Source: Vicugna vicugna (taxonomy: Eukaryota). From it: a stretch of 64,000 nt of DNA. This document shows positions 1-12,824 of the stretch, one piece after another; position 1 is the stretch's first letter; each line of letters starts with the position of its first letter. The stretch is from positions 620,001-684,000 of the forward strand of contig MU058687.1 in the NCBI GenBank assembly GCA_013265495.1. The letters are read 5' to 3'. A model generated the notes under the pieces. It had not been told where the DNA came from. It did not search any database and worked only from the letters and a program-made list of their open reading frames with translations. The translations under genes were made by a program, and so were the position numbers.

Positions 1-1085
1 GCACAGCAGTGCCATTTGGAGGGAAAGACAGAATTCAAGTAAGATAACACTGCAAATGTCCTAAAGCCTCAGGGCCTGGAGATGAGGGACCATGACAGCA
101 TATCCCTGAGACTTGGGTCAAGGTGTTTAACCTCTGAGCCTCTCCTGTGTTCTAAGTCAGAATAATGACATTCCCTCCTCCAGGCTCATCCTGTTCAAGG
201 AAGAAGTAAGGACAATGGCAAAGGTGTCACAGGAACATGAGGAAAGGGTGGCCACACTATGAGCTGATGGTGGTGGGGGCGGTGTCCTTGGCAGCTGCCC
301 CACCCTGTGTTAGATCTTGGGGACAAGAAGGACACTCAGAGCTGCCAGAAATCCTCCTGGACACCACCCAGGGAACACAGCACTGGGGATACAGGCCCAG
401 TGGGAAGAGGCCCACAGCTCTGCAGAGGGACACACAAATGGGCCTGTGGGTAGACAATGAGGGGAGAGGCTGTGACACCACAAAGCGAAGAAATTGGACA
501 GGAGAGGAAGGGCCTGAGCAGCCAGGGCCCGAAGGCTTAGGACTGAGAGAAAAGCTGCTGGGTGCTGACTGCACTGCAGGAGGGCCTTCTGCCAGAGGAT
601 ACTGGAGAGCCTGGGAGGGAGATTTTATTCCAGGCTCTGCAGGCCCAACAGGCTGCCGATAGATGGCTGCATGTACCAAGGAGAGCCAGAGAGTGATCAA
701 AGGGCAGGAGGGGCTGATTTATGAGGGCTGCCTCGAGCTGAGCTGCGGAGCAGGCCTGGCAGGGACAGGAGAGGAGGCTGGCTCAGGCCGGAGAGTGGCA
801 AGTAGCGGATGGGAGCTTCCGAGGCTCAGCCCTTCATCCTACAAGAAAGGGGCCATGATCTGAGGGCTTTCTGGGACCTGGTCCATCCAGCCTCCTGCAC
901 CCCCAGCTCACTGAGGGCCTTAGAGCCTTCCCCCTGCCCCCACCAGAGCTGCAATGCCTTCTCCCCTCAGATCCCCTCAGGGTGTGGCACCCTGCTTCAT
1001 CTGTTGTAGCAAAGGTACCATCCTAACACAGGAGCTCATCCTAGGGGAAACTGGGTGAGGGGGTTACAAGAACTCTCTGTGATAT

Positions 1086-1677
1086 CGTTGAGATTGGAGG
1101 GGAGGCAGAGGGCAGGGTACAACCATTGAAGGAGTGACACAGCAACTGAGGACAGGACAAACTGGTTAAAATCAAGATGGGAGAAGCTTTGACTTCCAGT
1201 AGACCTTGAGCCTCTTGGCACACCCACAGGCACCATGACGGTTCCTAGGCTGACCATAAAAGGTAAAAAAAGTGGGTGGGGCCCAATTCCTGGAAATCCC
1301 TGCCCCTTCCCCATCACAGTTGGAATAATCCTCCTACTTGTTAGCATAGGAAATAACCAAGCTCATAAAACCTAACAACTCCCCATCTCACGGTGGCTCT
1401 CTTGCTTTCTGAGAGGGCCTGAGCTCTATCTATGGAGCGTGTACCTACTTTTGCTTTAAACTAAACACCTCCACGTCTCTTGCTCTCTCCCTCTCGCCTC
1501 TGGGCCTGCCTTCTGCCCATGGAATGTGTATCTCCTAAGCCGCTATCCCTTCTACAGTGAGACGACCCCATTCTGGCTGTGGAGTGTGTATCTCTCGGAA
1601 TAAACTTGCTTTCACTTTACTATGCCTTGCTCGTGAATTCTTTCCTGCACAAGGCAAGAACCTATTCTCTGGCAACA
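1086..1677 (+). mobile_element. solo ERV1-class LTR (MER41-like 3' end) inserted into an old L1 3' end
   Basis: (T)GTTGAG...GGCAACA termini; AATAAA at 1599-1604 followed by cttgctttcactttac; homologous to 8843-9180; flanks join into an L1M-type tail. Confidence 0.75.
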
Positions 1678-4320
1678 TCCTCATTGTTTTTCTGTAAATC
1701 TAAAATTGTTGTATAAATCATTTATTTAAAAAAAAATTACGTTTGTTTTCTAGAGGGAAAGCAACAGATGGTTCCTTTGGGTCAGAGCAAGCCTGGGAGC
1801 CCCGACGGGCTGCTCCTCTTCTTGACTTTAACCCAGGGCTCTGCTTACTGAGTGTCACAGTTCAAGGCTCCCCAGGATCACCCAGGCACCCAAGACTCAC
1901 CCTCTGGGGAGCTAAGACTGGGTCAAAAGAGCTGGCCTCAACTGGTTCTATTTCCTGGTGTTTCCTTGCTGCCTGTTTCTCCTTTGGGTCTTCCGCTTGT
2001 CCCCTCCTCCTGCCTGGCTGCTCCTGACTCAGGCTGCAATACAGTCTCTGCTTAGTCACAGCCAAGTGGGCCCAGCATGGTCTGCTCCATTAATTCCCAT
2101 TCAGACCAGTCCCTAGCAGTGCTAATTCTTCTGCTCCCAATGTGAACTTCAGGGAGTCTGTCACAAGAAGGGGCTGGGGAGGATGAGCTGGCCTTCCACT
2201 GAGCCACAGAATGGTACGAGCTGTCCTATGTGCCCATGGGGCTGATACTCACCTCCCAGCCTCACTTGGGGCTCAGAGTCTAGAGAAAAGGTGGTTGACC
2301 ACAATGTCCATAGTGGGTTCAGAGGTGAGAGGGAAGAAGACAAAAAGTCCTCCTGTTTCCTCCACCCAGCCCCAGTGAGGGTAGACACATTAAGACAAAT
2401 TCTGAGCTGAACAGCAACAGACACAGGAGAATACTCAGAAGACAAGTGCATCCTTTAACAAGAGAGCCTCTTTCTCCTCCTCCGTGTTTTTGTCTTCCAC
2501 AATGCCCTCTGTTTAGGAGTCAATCCAGCTGTGGTTGCCATGCAGGAGGAGCAAGAGCCCAGGAAGGGAGGGGCGGAGCAGCACAAAAGGGGAACAGACT
2601 CAGGAGCCAGGCAGACGGCTGGGGATCTCCATCTGGGGACCACTCCTGTCTGACTGAAAGGACCCCTCACCCAGGCATGAAAATTCCTGATGAGAAGAGT
2701 GTAACCAAAAACTGGCAAGAACAGCAAAGTGGATCCTGAAGACCCGAGTTTAAGTGCAGATTCTACTACTTTTTTAACTTCCTCAAGTATCGGTACATTT
2801 ACCTGCACAACCGCAGCCGTAATACCACACAGGGATGCTCAGAAGAGCCAAGGAGGTGATGAGATGGCTTGCACTAAACTCTAGTTCTTCTTGAGTCAGT
2901 TTTATTAATTTTTTACTGTTGTTCATTTTTAATCTTTCTTCTTTGCTGATACTTAAAATACTTAATATGCTTAAGTATACTTAACACCTAAAATACTTTA
3001 CTTAAAATCATATATTTCTAAATTTTACTACAGTTGAATTCCAAAAGCCTTCCATGTGGAGTTTAAGTTTATTTTTAGTCTTGCATATTTACTAAATCCC
3101 ATTTTTTTCACTCCTGAATATTTTAAGTGTTAAAAAGTTTCCAACAATATGGGATTTTAGTGAGGGAAGAAATTATCCCTGTTATTGACTTCTAATTTTA
3201 CTATATTGTGATCAGAGATCATTATTTTCATCCTCCTGCTCTTCTGATATATATTGAGACTTGGCTTAGACTATTAATATGTGGCTAATTTTTCTAAATA
3301 TTCCAAATATGGTTAAACATAATGCATTTTCTCTAATTTTGGAGTGCAGTGTTCTATATAACTACCAGTTGAGCTGTTCAAGTATTTTGGCCCTTCTTTT
3401 ATTTATGGAGACAGATGTGTTAAAAAAAAACCCCACCTACTCTGGTTGTAGACTTGCCGGTTTCTCCTTGAAATTCTCCCTTCTGCTTTTGCATTTGCTG
3501 ACTCATGGTATTTTGTGAGTTAATATGACAAGCTTCTCTCTCTTTATTCTGTGAAAATACTTGGATTTCTTAACTGTTCTTCCCAGTCCTCACCTTGGGC
3601 CTGGTCTTCTGTCCCTGCCTGGGCGTTTAAAATGCAACTTCCTAGTCTACATCCCGTTGCTATTCGGGCTCTCTCACCTGGGGTCTCTCTTTCTGGCTTC
3701 CTAGTTCTGTCCTGCATTAAACCTGTTTTCATTGTATTTGATTCACCTGTAGGTGTTCTTAATCAGAGTTTTTTCACCAGCCTAGTCCACTATTTTCTCA
3801 GGAGTTCTCTGTAAACACTGAAGGGCTGTAAAATGTGAATAATGTGATTACCTCTCCAGGCTCTGGCTTTTGTGTGTCCTTCCCCACTGCTTGTGGTCCC
3901 TGCCCCACCCAGCTCTCCACTGGGATACTTCCCCCAACCTGACATCAGGTTATCCGCTTGGGTTTGTTTCACTTGGCTCATGTCAACCCCTTCCTGTCAC
4001 CAGCACCTTCTTCTCCATTTCTGTCCTCTCTTTCCAGAAACGTCAAGCAAGCAGTGGAGGAGGGAACAATATGTGATAAGCATTCGGCTAGGCAGAGAAA
4101 CCATGGGAACATTAAATGTATGTTCTTCTAGTCTTTTGTCCTGGTTGGCTGCAGTTATGGCTGGAAGAATGGAGCTCTCCTGAGGGCACGCAGGCCATAT
4201 ATCTACTAGTCAGGCAGCAGTAGGAAGGACTTACTCTTTTAGAACTTACTTTTACTACTTTTTCTTACTGTTAATTTTCAACTGTTAATTGTGATTTTTA
4301 AATGTTTAAATGAAGTTTAA

Positions 4321-5383
4321 AAACATTCTCTGACATAAATAGTAGCAATGTTTTCTAGGTCAGTCTACCAAGGCAACAGAAATAACAGCAAAAATAAACA
4401 AAAGGGACCTAATTAAAACTATGAGATTTTGCACAGCAACGGGAACCATAAACAAAATGAAAAGACAACCTACAGAATGGGAGAAAATATTTTCAGACGA
4501 TGTGACTGACAAGGGCTTAACTTCCAGAATATACAAATGGCTTGTACAACTCAATAACAAAAAAACAAACAACCCAATCAAAAAAGGGGCAGAAGACCTA
4601 AACAGACATTTCTCCAATGAAGACATACAGATAGCAAATAAGCACATGAAAAGATGCTCAATATCGCTAATTATCAGAGAAATGTAAATCAAAACTACGA
4701 TGATACATCACCTCACACCAGTCAGAATGGCCATCCTTAAAAAATTCACAAATGATAAATCCTGGAGAGGGTATGGAGAAAAGGGAACCCTCCTGCTGGT
4801 GGGAATGTGATTTGGTGTAGCTGCTATGGAAAACAGTGTGGAGTTTCCTTAAAAACTAAAAATAGAGTTACCATGGAAGCAACCTAAATGTCCATCGACA
4901 GATAATTTGATAAAAAGTTGTCCAATAAAATACTACTCAGCCATAAAAAAGAATGAAATAATGCCATCTGCAACAACATGGATGGACATAGAAATTATCA
5001 TACTAAGAGAAGTAAATCAGACAGAGAAAGACAAATATCATACGATATCACTTATATGTGGAATCTAAAAACAAAAGATACAAATGAACTTATTTACAAA
5101 ACAGAAACAGACTCACAGACACAGAAAACAAATCTAGGGTTACCAAAGAGGAAAGAGGGGGAGGAATACACCAGGGGTCTGAGATTAGCAGATACAACCT
5201 ACTATATACAAAATAGATAACAAGGTCCTATTGTATAGCACAGGGAACTATATTCAATAGCTTATAATAATCTACAATGAAAAAGAATCTGAAAAAGAAT
5301 ATATATCTTTATAACTAAATCACTATGCTGTATACCAGAAACTAACAAAACATTGTAAATATCCATACTTCAATTTAAAAAAA
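4321..5383 (+). mobile_element. 5'-truncated LINE-1 (ORF2 C-terminus, 3' UTR, polyA)
   Basis: [11 protein letters not shown]...[15 protein letters not shown] is L1 ORF2; typical artiodactyl L1 3' UTR and A tail. Confidence 0.95.
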
Positions 5384-5639
5384 GTTTACCACATTGCCTT
5401 ATTATTCTCTTTCTCTCTCTCTACATAAATACGTATATATATGTGTATATATATATATTTTGCATTTTTTTCTAAATCATTTGAGAGCAACTTGAGGATA
5501 TGATGCCCCATTACTCATTAATATTTCAATGTTTATTTTTTAAAAATGAGGATACTCTCCCTCATAACCACTATGTAACCAAAAAAATCAAGAAACTGAC
5601 ATTGATTCAATACTTTCACCTAATCCACAGAATGCTGGT

Positions 5640-6100
5640 TGTAAATTAAAAAAAAAAAACACACACACAACCTACAGGTTGAGAGTTATGTTTCACTCGG
5701 TGACCTTACTGAGGACTACAGACCAGGAGACAGATAGCTCTTGGGAACTGTTCCAAAGAGGTAAGGGAGGAGCTGGGATATACAGGAGTATTTGCTGAAA
5801 AAAGCAAACAAACATGTAGTCGTGTAGTTGAGCATGAAAAGATTACTGCTAATCACAAAAACAGACATCTCAAGTTAATGATTTTAGTGATTTTCTATGT
5901 ATGGAAGATGCAACAATCTGGGCTCATTGAAATTATTCCTTTGATATGCGTCTTAACTATTTAGAGCCTGTTTTTCCTAATTCTGAATTTCCCTCAGGGC
6001 ATCTGTGCAGATGCCCTGAGGCAGAGTGCAGATGCTGCAGTGGTGGACTGCTTAATGGTGGGCAATACTTTTTGTTTACTGAAATCGCAGGCAACATTCT
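5640..6100 (-). mobile_element. 3' LTR of the ERV
   Basis: Colinear homology to 11422-11893 (e.g. gattttagtgattttctatgtatggaa). Confidence 0.85.
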
Positions 6101-6241
6101 CCTCTTAGTCATAAATTCAATCAAGGTTTGGGAAGCATTTCATGACCAATTTGTCCCACAGGTCAAGAAAGACTCATTCCTAGATCAGGTGAGGATTCTG
6201 TTTACAGGCCAATGTGTTAATTTTGGGATTAGGTCCTGTTG

Positions 6242-6393
6242 ATAATCTAAAATCCTCTGGATCACCAGTTTTTCTAGTCTATTATAATCCAGAAAATGTT
6301 TTTCCTTTGCCTCTACTATAATCTAAAATCCTCTAGATCACCAGTTTTTCTAGTCTATTATAATCCAGAAAATGTTTTTCCTTTGCCTCTACT
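6242..6393. repeat. 76-bp tandem duplication (2 copies, 1 mismatch)
   Basis: 6242-6317 and 6318-6393 differ only at ctgga/ctaga. Confidence 0.95.
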
Positions 6394-7499
6394 TTCTGTA
6401 TCTAGAGTTGCACTATTACAATTAGTCTATGTAGAGTTATATAAGTGATCAATTGCCTCAAGACGTTTAGCCATCATTAATTTTGCCAGAGGCCTGGTTA
6501 CACATTGGGTAACGTAAGAGACAATAATCTTATAAAATAGACTGGATATAAGTAACACTGTTAGTACCATTAATAAAGTCATAGTACAGCAAAGGCAGGC
6601 ACAAGGTGTAGATAATTTGAAAACAACGAGATAACACATTTAAACAATAATTAGCATGACTAATTGTAATTTGGCCTCAATAAGCCATCAAGTCCATGCA
6701 GCAGCCAGCTGGAGAAGCCAAATTCTGGCTGGATCAGGTTGAAAAAAAAAGACGAATGTTTCATCTTTGTTCACAAAGGTATACGTTATCAACTTGTAGG
6801 TCATAGCTTGTGTAAGAGGAAAGGTTTTCTGAAAAGCAAAATTAAAAGCTAGTATATTTAAGAAAAAAGTCATAAAATTATAAATCATATTTATAATTCA
6901 GTCCCATGTAACTGAGTTCTGTTAATTTGGATGAAGTCATAAGGCTTTCCATTAGAGTTTTGTAATCTCTTACTCAGCTCAGTGGTATGATCTAAAAGGC
7001 ATTATTAGAAGCTTACGTTTGTTAAAAAGTCCTTTTTATGAATCTTTAAGATCTTTGTTTTAAAAAGCATCAGAGTAAAACGACTGTCTATAAGTGACAA
7101 AAGACTCAACATGTCATGGTTAAAGATCTGACTACAGTGCAGTTGACAAGAAACTTGGATATTTCTGTGACATACAACATTTTAAGATAACTAGAATTAT
7201 GACTGATAACATTAAAGCAGGACATATTAGATTTTTAGGAATCCTATATAAATTTTGGAAATATCTATATTAATGACATTTACCCATACCATATAACCTA
7301 AGAAGGTTACAGTCACTTATTTGACAATGTTTCCCATGTAATTTAACATAACAAATAAGCCTAATAAACTTAACGTTTCTCTTCAGAATGTTTCAGGGGC
7401 CCTTTGAAGCATCCCAAGTTAGCAAGAGATCAAACAAATTTTATTTAGCATTTGACTTGAGGAAGCTTGTCAAAGATATCAAAAGTTTTCACTTTTTAA

Positions 7500-7649
7500 A
7501 AATTTATTTTTAAAATTTTAACATATTTATTTGTTATTTATGGGGGGGTAATTAGGTTTATTTACTTATTTTAATAGAGGTCCTGGGGATTGAACCCAGG
7601 ACTTCATGCATGCTAAGTGGGAACTCTGCCAGTGAGCTATACCCTCCCC
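7500..7649 (-). mobile_element. tRNA-derived SINE (camelid Vic-1-like) nested in the ERV interior
   Basis: Minus strand GGGGAGGGTATAGCTCA...GGTTCAATCCCCAG plus (TAAA)n/AACCTAATTAC tail. Confidence 0.88.
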
Positions 7650-8842
7650 GACTCAAAAGGTTTTAAAACACTTGGTCAATAAGGATCCTCGGCCACTGTG
7701 AAACAATACTTATTCATTCAACCAAAATGACAGTAAAAGATTTTTAAGGCAGATGCAGATCATTTAGAAGACAAAGAAATTCACAGCCTGTTATCAAAAG
7801 TGGCTCAGCATTCCAAGAAAACTTTGTTCTCTTAGCACTGAGACAACCCAACTCCATTCCTCTACCAGCCGCCCTCAATCACAAAATTCACTTACCTAAT
7901 AAAATTGAATCCAATCCCAGCCTGACGAGGCACGAAACTCTCTTCTCAGGGCCCTCTTTTTACATACTGTCCACAGCTTTCCATACCTGTATTATTTTTA
8001 TCCCTTATTTTTCTTTCCTATTTAGAAATAACCAGCTTTGAGACAAAATCACTTTCTTTCCCCTTAACAAAACGCGTTTCCATTCCTCATACCTTCTTTT
8101 GCTGAAAACACATATCCTACTTTCCTTGTATACTGAAATGTGTCCCCTTATTATCCCAGGAGCTTTAATTACGTATATCACAATTTTAACCCTTAAAAAC
8201 CTTGATCTCTGGGGAAAACTGAGAAGCAAGTAATTGGGAACTGTTTGTCACACCAGCATTTCCTGACTGGCAAATTTAGGAACATTCTGTAACCTCTAGA
8301 AACACATCTTATCATAGCATAATTTCTTTCCTCAATGTGGTACAAGACATGTGTCTAATAAACACAAACATCTTTAGTTTTCCTCTCATAAGAAGACAAA
8401 AGTAGGTAAAGTTAGACTTGTTTAGCAGTCAACATTCCAGTATTTTATCTTATTTGAAATGATGTGGATAGTCAATGAATTCCATAATTTAACTTAACTT
8501 AGCAAAACTCACAGGTTTCAAGTTACCAAAAATCTGGAGAAACTATTTTAGATAGACATACTCAAAACATAATTATTCTTAAAGAATTCACCTGAAAACT
8601 CTTATCTCATTTACCTTTATTTTATAACTTATGAAAATATCATCACACCAAGTTAATTTTTCTTGCTGGCAAACTCTGCAACAGAAATAACAGGAATTTA
8701 TTGACTTTCAAAAAACCTAGGTACAATAAGGGTTCCATACGCAATGTTGATGACTCCAGACATATCCACACCAATTAAATAAATAAGTCTAACCTAACTT
8801 TAATATCAGTTATTAATTTAGTACTGAATATTTCCCAGATTG

Positions 8843-9180
8843 TGTTGAGACAGGAGGGAAAGGGGGCAGTGCACAGCCATTGAAGGACTGATACAGCAAT
8901 TGAGGACAAGGACAAACTTGTTAGAACCAAGATGCCCCTTTCCCCCATCACAGTTGGAATAATCCTCTTACTTGTTAGCATATGAAATTACTCAGCCCAT
9001 AAAAACTTACAAAACCTCACCTCATGGTTGCGCTCTCTCTTGCCCTCTGAGTATGTGGAGTGTCTGTCTCTCCAGACAGACTGTCTATGGAGTGTGTCCC
9101 TCTCTAAATAAACTTGCCTTCACTATACTACGCCTCGCTCTTGAATTTTTTCTTGCACGAGACAAGAACTTCCGGTAACG
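8843..9180 (+). mobile_element. solo LTR of the 1086-1677 family, internally deleted, nested antisense in the ERV
   Basis: TGTTGAGA...GGTAACG; AATAAA at 9107-9112; shares atcacagttggaataatcct with 1313-1332. Confidence 0.8.
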
Positions 9181-11398
9181 ATGTGAACCTAAAATTAATT
9201 CTGGCAGTCTCCTTTATATTTAGAAATAGTTAATTTGAAAGCACTTGCTTTTAAGTCAGTTAGATAGAGCTCTCTTGTAATTTAATTTTCATGATGCTAT
9301 CTGGAGGTATAGATAGACGACATACATAATGTACACATACACATATAAGCAGAAATAGAGATTTCATAGCTCTATTTTAAAACTTGGTTATGAATCAGTT
9401 TATTACAATATAAACTTACCAGTTTATGGATAGCAGTTGGAATAAGTTAAATGGATTTGCTCAGATGACTAAAGCTTTACTGTTTGTGGAAAAGACTTAA
9501 GATTTGTATTTGTCCTTGATAAATCCTTAAGGAGGCTATGAATTAGATTTTGGGTGAGGGAGCCTTTCTGGCAGTTTGAGTTTAAAAAGGCCTTTAACTC
9601 CCCTCCTTTGGTTTAAGGTTGTCCGGGATAGAACTAACGAGGCTCAGTCTCAGGTCATCGTGGGCTGTATTTCTAATTTGTAATCTCCTAATTTCTAATT
9701 TGTAGAGATTTGCAAGACAAGAACAGTTGCTTTTAATTTCCCGAAGAACTGGTATGTCCCTAAATGATATTAAAAGATTGATTTGCCCAACTACGTTTTC
9801 TTTTAATTTGCTTTTTTTTTTTTCAAATATCCGTGAGATTTCCAACTAAACTGAAAATCAAGAGTTCTATGCTCTAGAACATTAGGGGTCAATTTATAAT
9901 GCTTTCAAAAGTCTGCACAAGGCATTTAACAAAGACCTTCTTTCTGAGGCTGCAACTTAAACTCAGAGCAAAAAAATCTCTATTATTGTTTTTATTAGCA
10001 CCTGAATATTAGCCTCCAGTTTTTATTTCATATTGTGTGGGCTCAAGTAACCTTATTGGTTTCCTACAGTATATTTAATATTGCCTGAAGAGTGGATTTA
10101 CATACCCTGTTTTACAATACCAGGCAGGGGCAAGCCATTAACGTCTGTTTTTTCAATCCCATCTCTTAAGAACCATGTGAAGATATCTATCCTGTTGGGA
10201 TGGGTCCCTTCAAAATTTCCGTCTTGTTGGGAAAATTTCCATCTTGTTGGGAAAATTTCCATCCTGACTTTCCCCTCAGCTTTTTTTCTTCCTGTTAATC
10301 AACCTAATTAACATTAATTAACCTGATTTTTTTAAAGCGTATGTAAGACCCACTGAGAGGAAGCCAAGACCACAAATAAGGATTCCTAAACCTTCTTTTG
10401 TTTGTTTTAAACTAAGAGAGTTCTTACATAAGCCTTTATATATGTATATACATATATACCACCTTCTAATTTGTTTTTTTCATAGGCACCAAAATAGCTA
10501 TTTATAATTAGTGCTCTCTAAAAATTTACCAGTTTAGAAGTTTCTTCTAATTTAAAGGATCCATTGTCTGTCCTTTGATGAGTAGTATCTTAATATGTGC
10601 TCAAACCAAGAAGATGCAAGAGGCATCCCCACAAGAGAGGGCAGAAGATGCAGCCTGCACAACATCTAGAAAGTTTACTTCCCAAAGTGGTCTAAGAAAG
10701 CACAGACCTTCATTGTACAGAACACAATGAAGGTTAAGATGACAAAGGCCCCTGAGATTTGGTACAGTCAGACAAAAAACACTGCTCAAATTCTACCTTC
10801 TGTCTACCTTCCAGATGACAGAGAACAGGCTCTCAAAACATGGGGAAAAAAACACCTAAGATGATTAGGTAGAATGTTTACATCTCAAAGACACACGGAG
10901 AGAAATGCAAGTTCCCCTCAGAAGGGCTTTTGTTCCTTTATGGTCAGAATTCTGAAAAGACATTTTATCAAGCCAGCTTTTTCTAGCTGCATACAGCAAA
11001 AACAACAACAAAAATTTAATTTGGGAACGTCAAAAGAACCCCAATTTGGCCATTTTTTAGGGTGAGGTTTCCTTTAATTCACAGTTAATAGGCAAGTACT
11101 TGTAAGTATAAATTATGTTCACACATAATAAAATCTTCCCAGTGTCTTTCAGCTGAGGATAACCCAGGTACCTTTTATTAAAACTAAGTTTCAAGGAAAA
11201 CCTACTCCCTCAGTGAGGAGTTTAACACCACCAAATAAAACTCAGGATCATTAGTCAATAATGGGAGATCCAAGGCCCAGGGGAGACTCACTCATATTTG
11301 TCTGGACTCTCCAAAGAGGCAGATGGGCCTGAGAGGCCTCTGCTGGTCAAACCTCCAGTTCCTGTAGAGTTCAGGCAAAGGAGAGAAGTCCTCTCTGG

Positions 11399-11417
11399 GT
11401 CCCTTCATTGGTCACTA
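11399..11417 (-). promoter_or_regulatory. degenerate primer-binding site, tRNA-Arg-like
   Basis: Minus strand TAGTGACCAATGAAGGGAC against recalled tRNA-Arg PBS TGGCGACCACGAAGGGAC; 4 nt after the LTR end. Confidence 0.65.
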
Positions 11418-11421
11418 AAAC

Positions 11422-11893
11422 TGTCAACTGGGAAAAAAAAGGACAACCTAATAGTTGTGAGTTATGTTTTATTCGGGGAGCTTACTGAGGACTCTAGCCC
11501 AGGAGACAACCTCTCAGATAGCTCCGAAGAGCTATTCCAAAGAGGTAAGGAAGGGGCCAGGATATACAGGAGGGTTTTTTTTTTTTTTTTGCTTAAAAAA
11601 AAAAAGTAGTCAAACATCAAAAGAGTACTGCTAATCACACACACACACAGACATCTCAAATTAATGATTTTAGTGATTTTCTATGTATGGAAAGATGTTA
11701 GAGTCTGGGCTCCCTGAAATTACTCCTTTGATATGCATCTTAACTATCTGGGGCCAGTGTCCTGGTTTTTTCCATCCTGAATTCCCCTCAGGGAACACTG
11801 TGGGTTGGTGGGGAGCAGCTGCAGTGGCTGATGGCCTGGTGGTGGGCAACATTTGTTGTTTACTGGAATGGCAGGTGACATTCTTTGTCCACA
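11422..11893 (-). mobile_element. 5' LTR of the ERV
   Basis: TG...CA termini; AATAAA on minus at 11468-11473; directly followed by the PBS. Confidence 0.85.
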
Positions 11894-12824
11894 TGATCAT
11901 TCCTATAATGTCCGTTATAAGTGGTGGATCCAATCCAGGACCACACATTGAATTTAGTTGCCAAGTCTCTATAGTCTCTTTAATTGGGAATAGTCCTCGG
12001 TCTTTCCTCTTCAATGACCTTGACATTTTTAAGATCTCAAGCCAGTTTCTTTATAGAATGTCCTTAATTTGCATTTGTCCGTTATTTCCTCATGATTAGG
12101 TTGTATAACCTGAATCTAATCATGAGGAAATATCAGACTCACCACAGTCCCTTCCCAGCTCTGCTTGTCCCCCTACCCCCTTCACAGTGGGGTGAACAGG
12201 AGGTGGGGTGGGCCACCTGCTTACAAGTAGAGTCTGCCTCAAACTTCACTCATGCATGCCCAGCTACACGTGGGCCTAGGGCAGGCTGCACCCTTGCCCT
12301 TCAGGTATGCAGTGTCATTGGGAAGACATAACCATATGGGGTATGCAGAGAGTAAGGCAGCACCTCAGTGCACAAGCTACAGGCTGAGGTGCCACGAGGG
12401 CCCTGGGAAGACTGAGGTGGGAGGTCAGACTCCCTCATCCATCAGATATTTATGGAGCACCTACTATGTGCCAGCTCTGTGTAATGAACAGAGCAGACAC
12501 AACCCCTCCCTGCCCTCTTGGAATTTACATGCTAGTGGGCAGGGGGGCCAGGGAAGACAATTACGTCAGGCTTTCCTGAAGAAGGGGAGAATTGGTCAGA
12601 CAGTTATTAAGAGCACGCTATGACTGAGGCTCTTTGCCAGCCCGCTACTTGATGACCAAGCCTGCTACTGCCAGAGTAGCCAGCGCAGGGCTCGGGATGG
12701 GATGGGGCAGGTCTTTGGAAGGGCAGGGCCAGGTATAGGAGCTCAACTCCCTGCAGAGGTGCCACAGGAACAGTGTGGGAGGAAAGGCCAGGGCTCTGAC
12801 TCTGCTGCCTGCCTCCTACCCCAG

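Larger units (their letters stand above)
5640..11893 (-). mobile_element. two-LTR class I endogenous retrovirus, coding-degenerate
   Basis: Homologous LTRs at about 5640-6100 and 11422-11893; PBS-like sequence at 11399-11417; purine tract at about 6097-6107; flanks TGGT/TGAT as a putative 4-bp TSD; no long gag/pol ORF. Confidence 0.88.

Noticed and set aside
237..1009. Overlapping ORFs in the GC-rich first kilobase (possible VSX2 or RALGDS-like exons)
   Set aside because: No recognisable protein similarity or consistent splice structure; such ORFs are expected by chance at this GC content
1086..9180. The two same-orientation LTRs as the ends of one 8-kb provirus
   Set aside because: No PBS follows the first LTR, the intervening DNA is L1 plus another ERV, and each LTR interrupts a different host element
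12305..12352. Acceptor/donor-like pair giving RYAVSLGRHNHMGYAE as an upstream RALGDS exon
   Set aside because: No convincing match to recalled RALGDS exons
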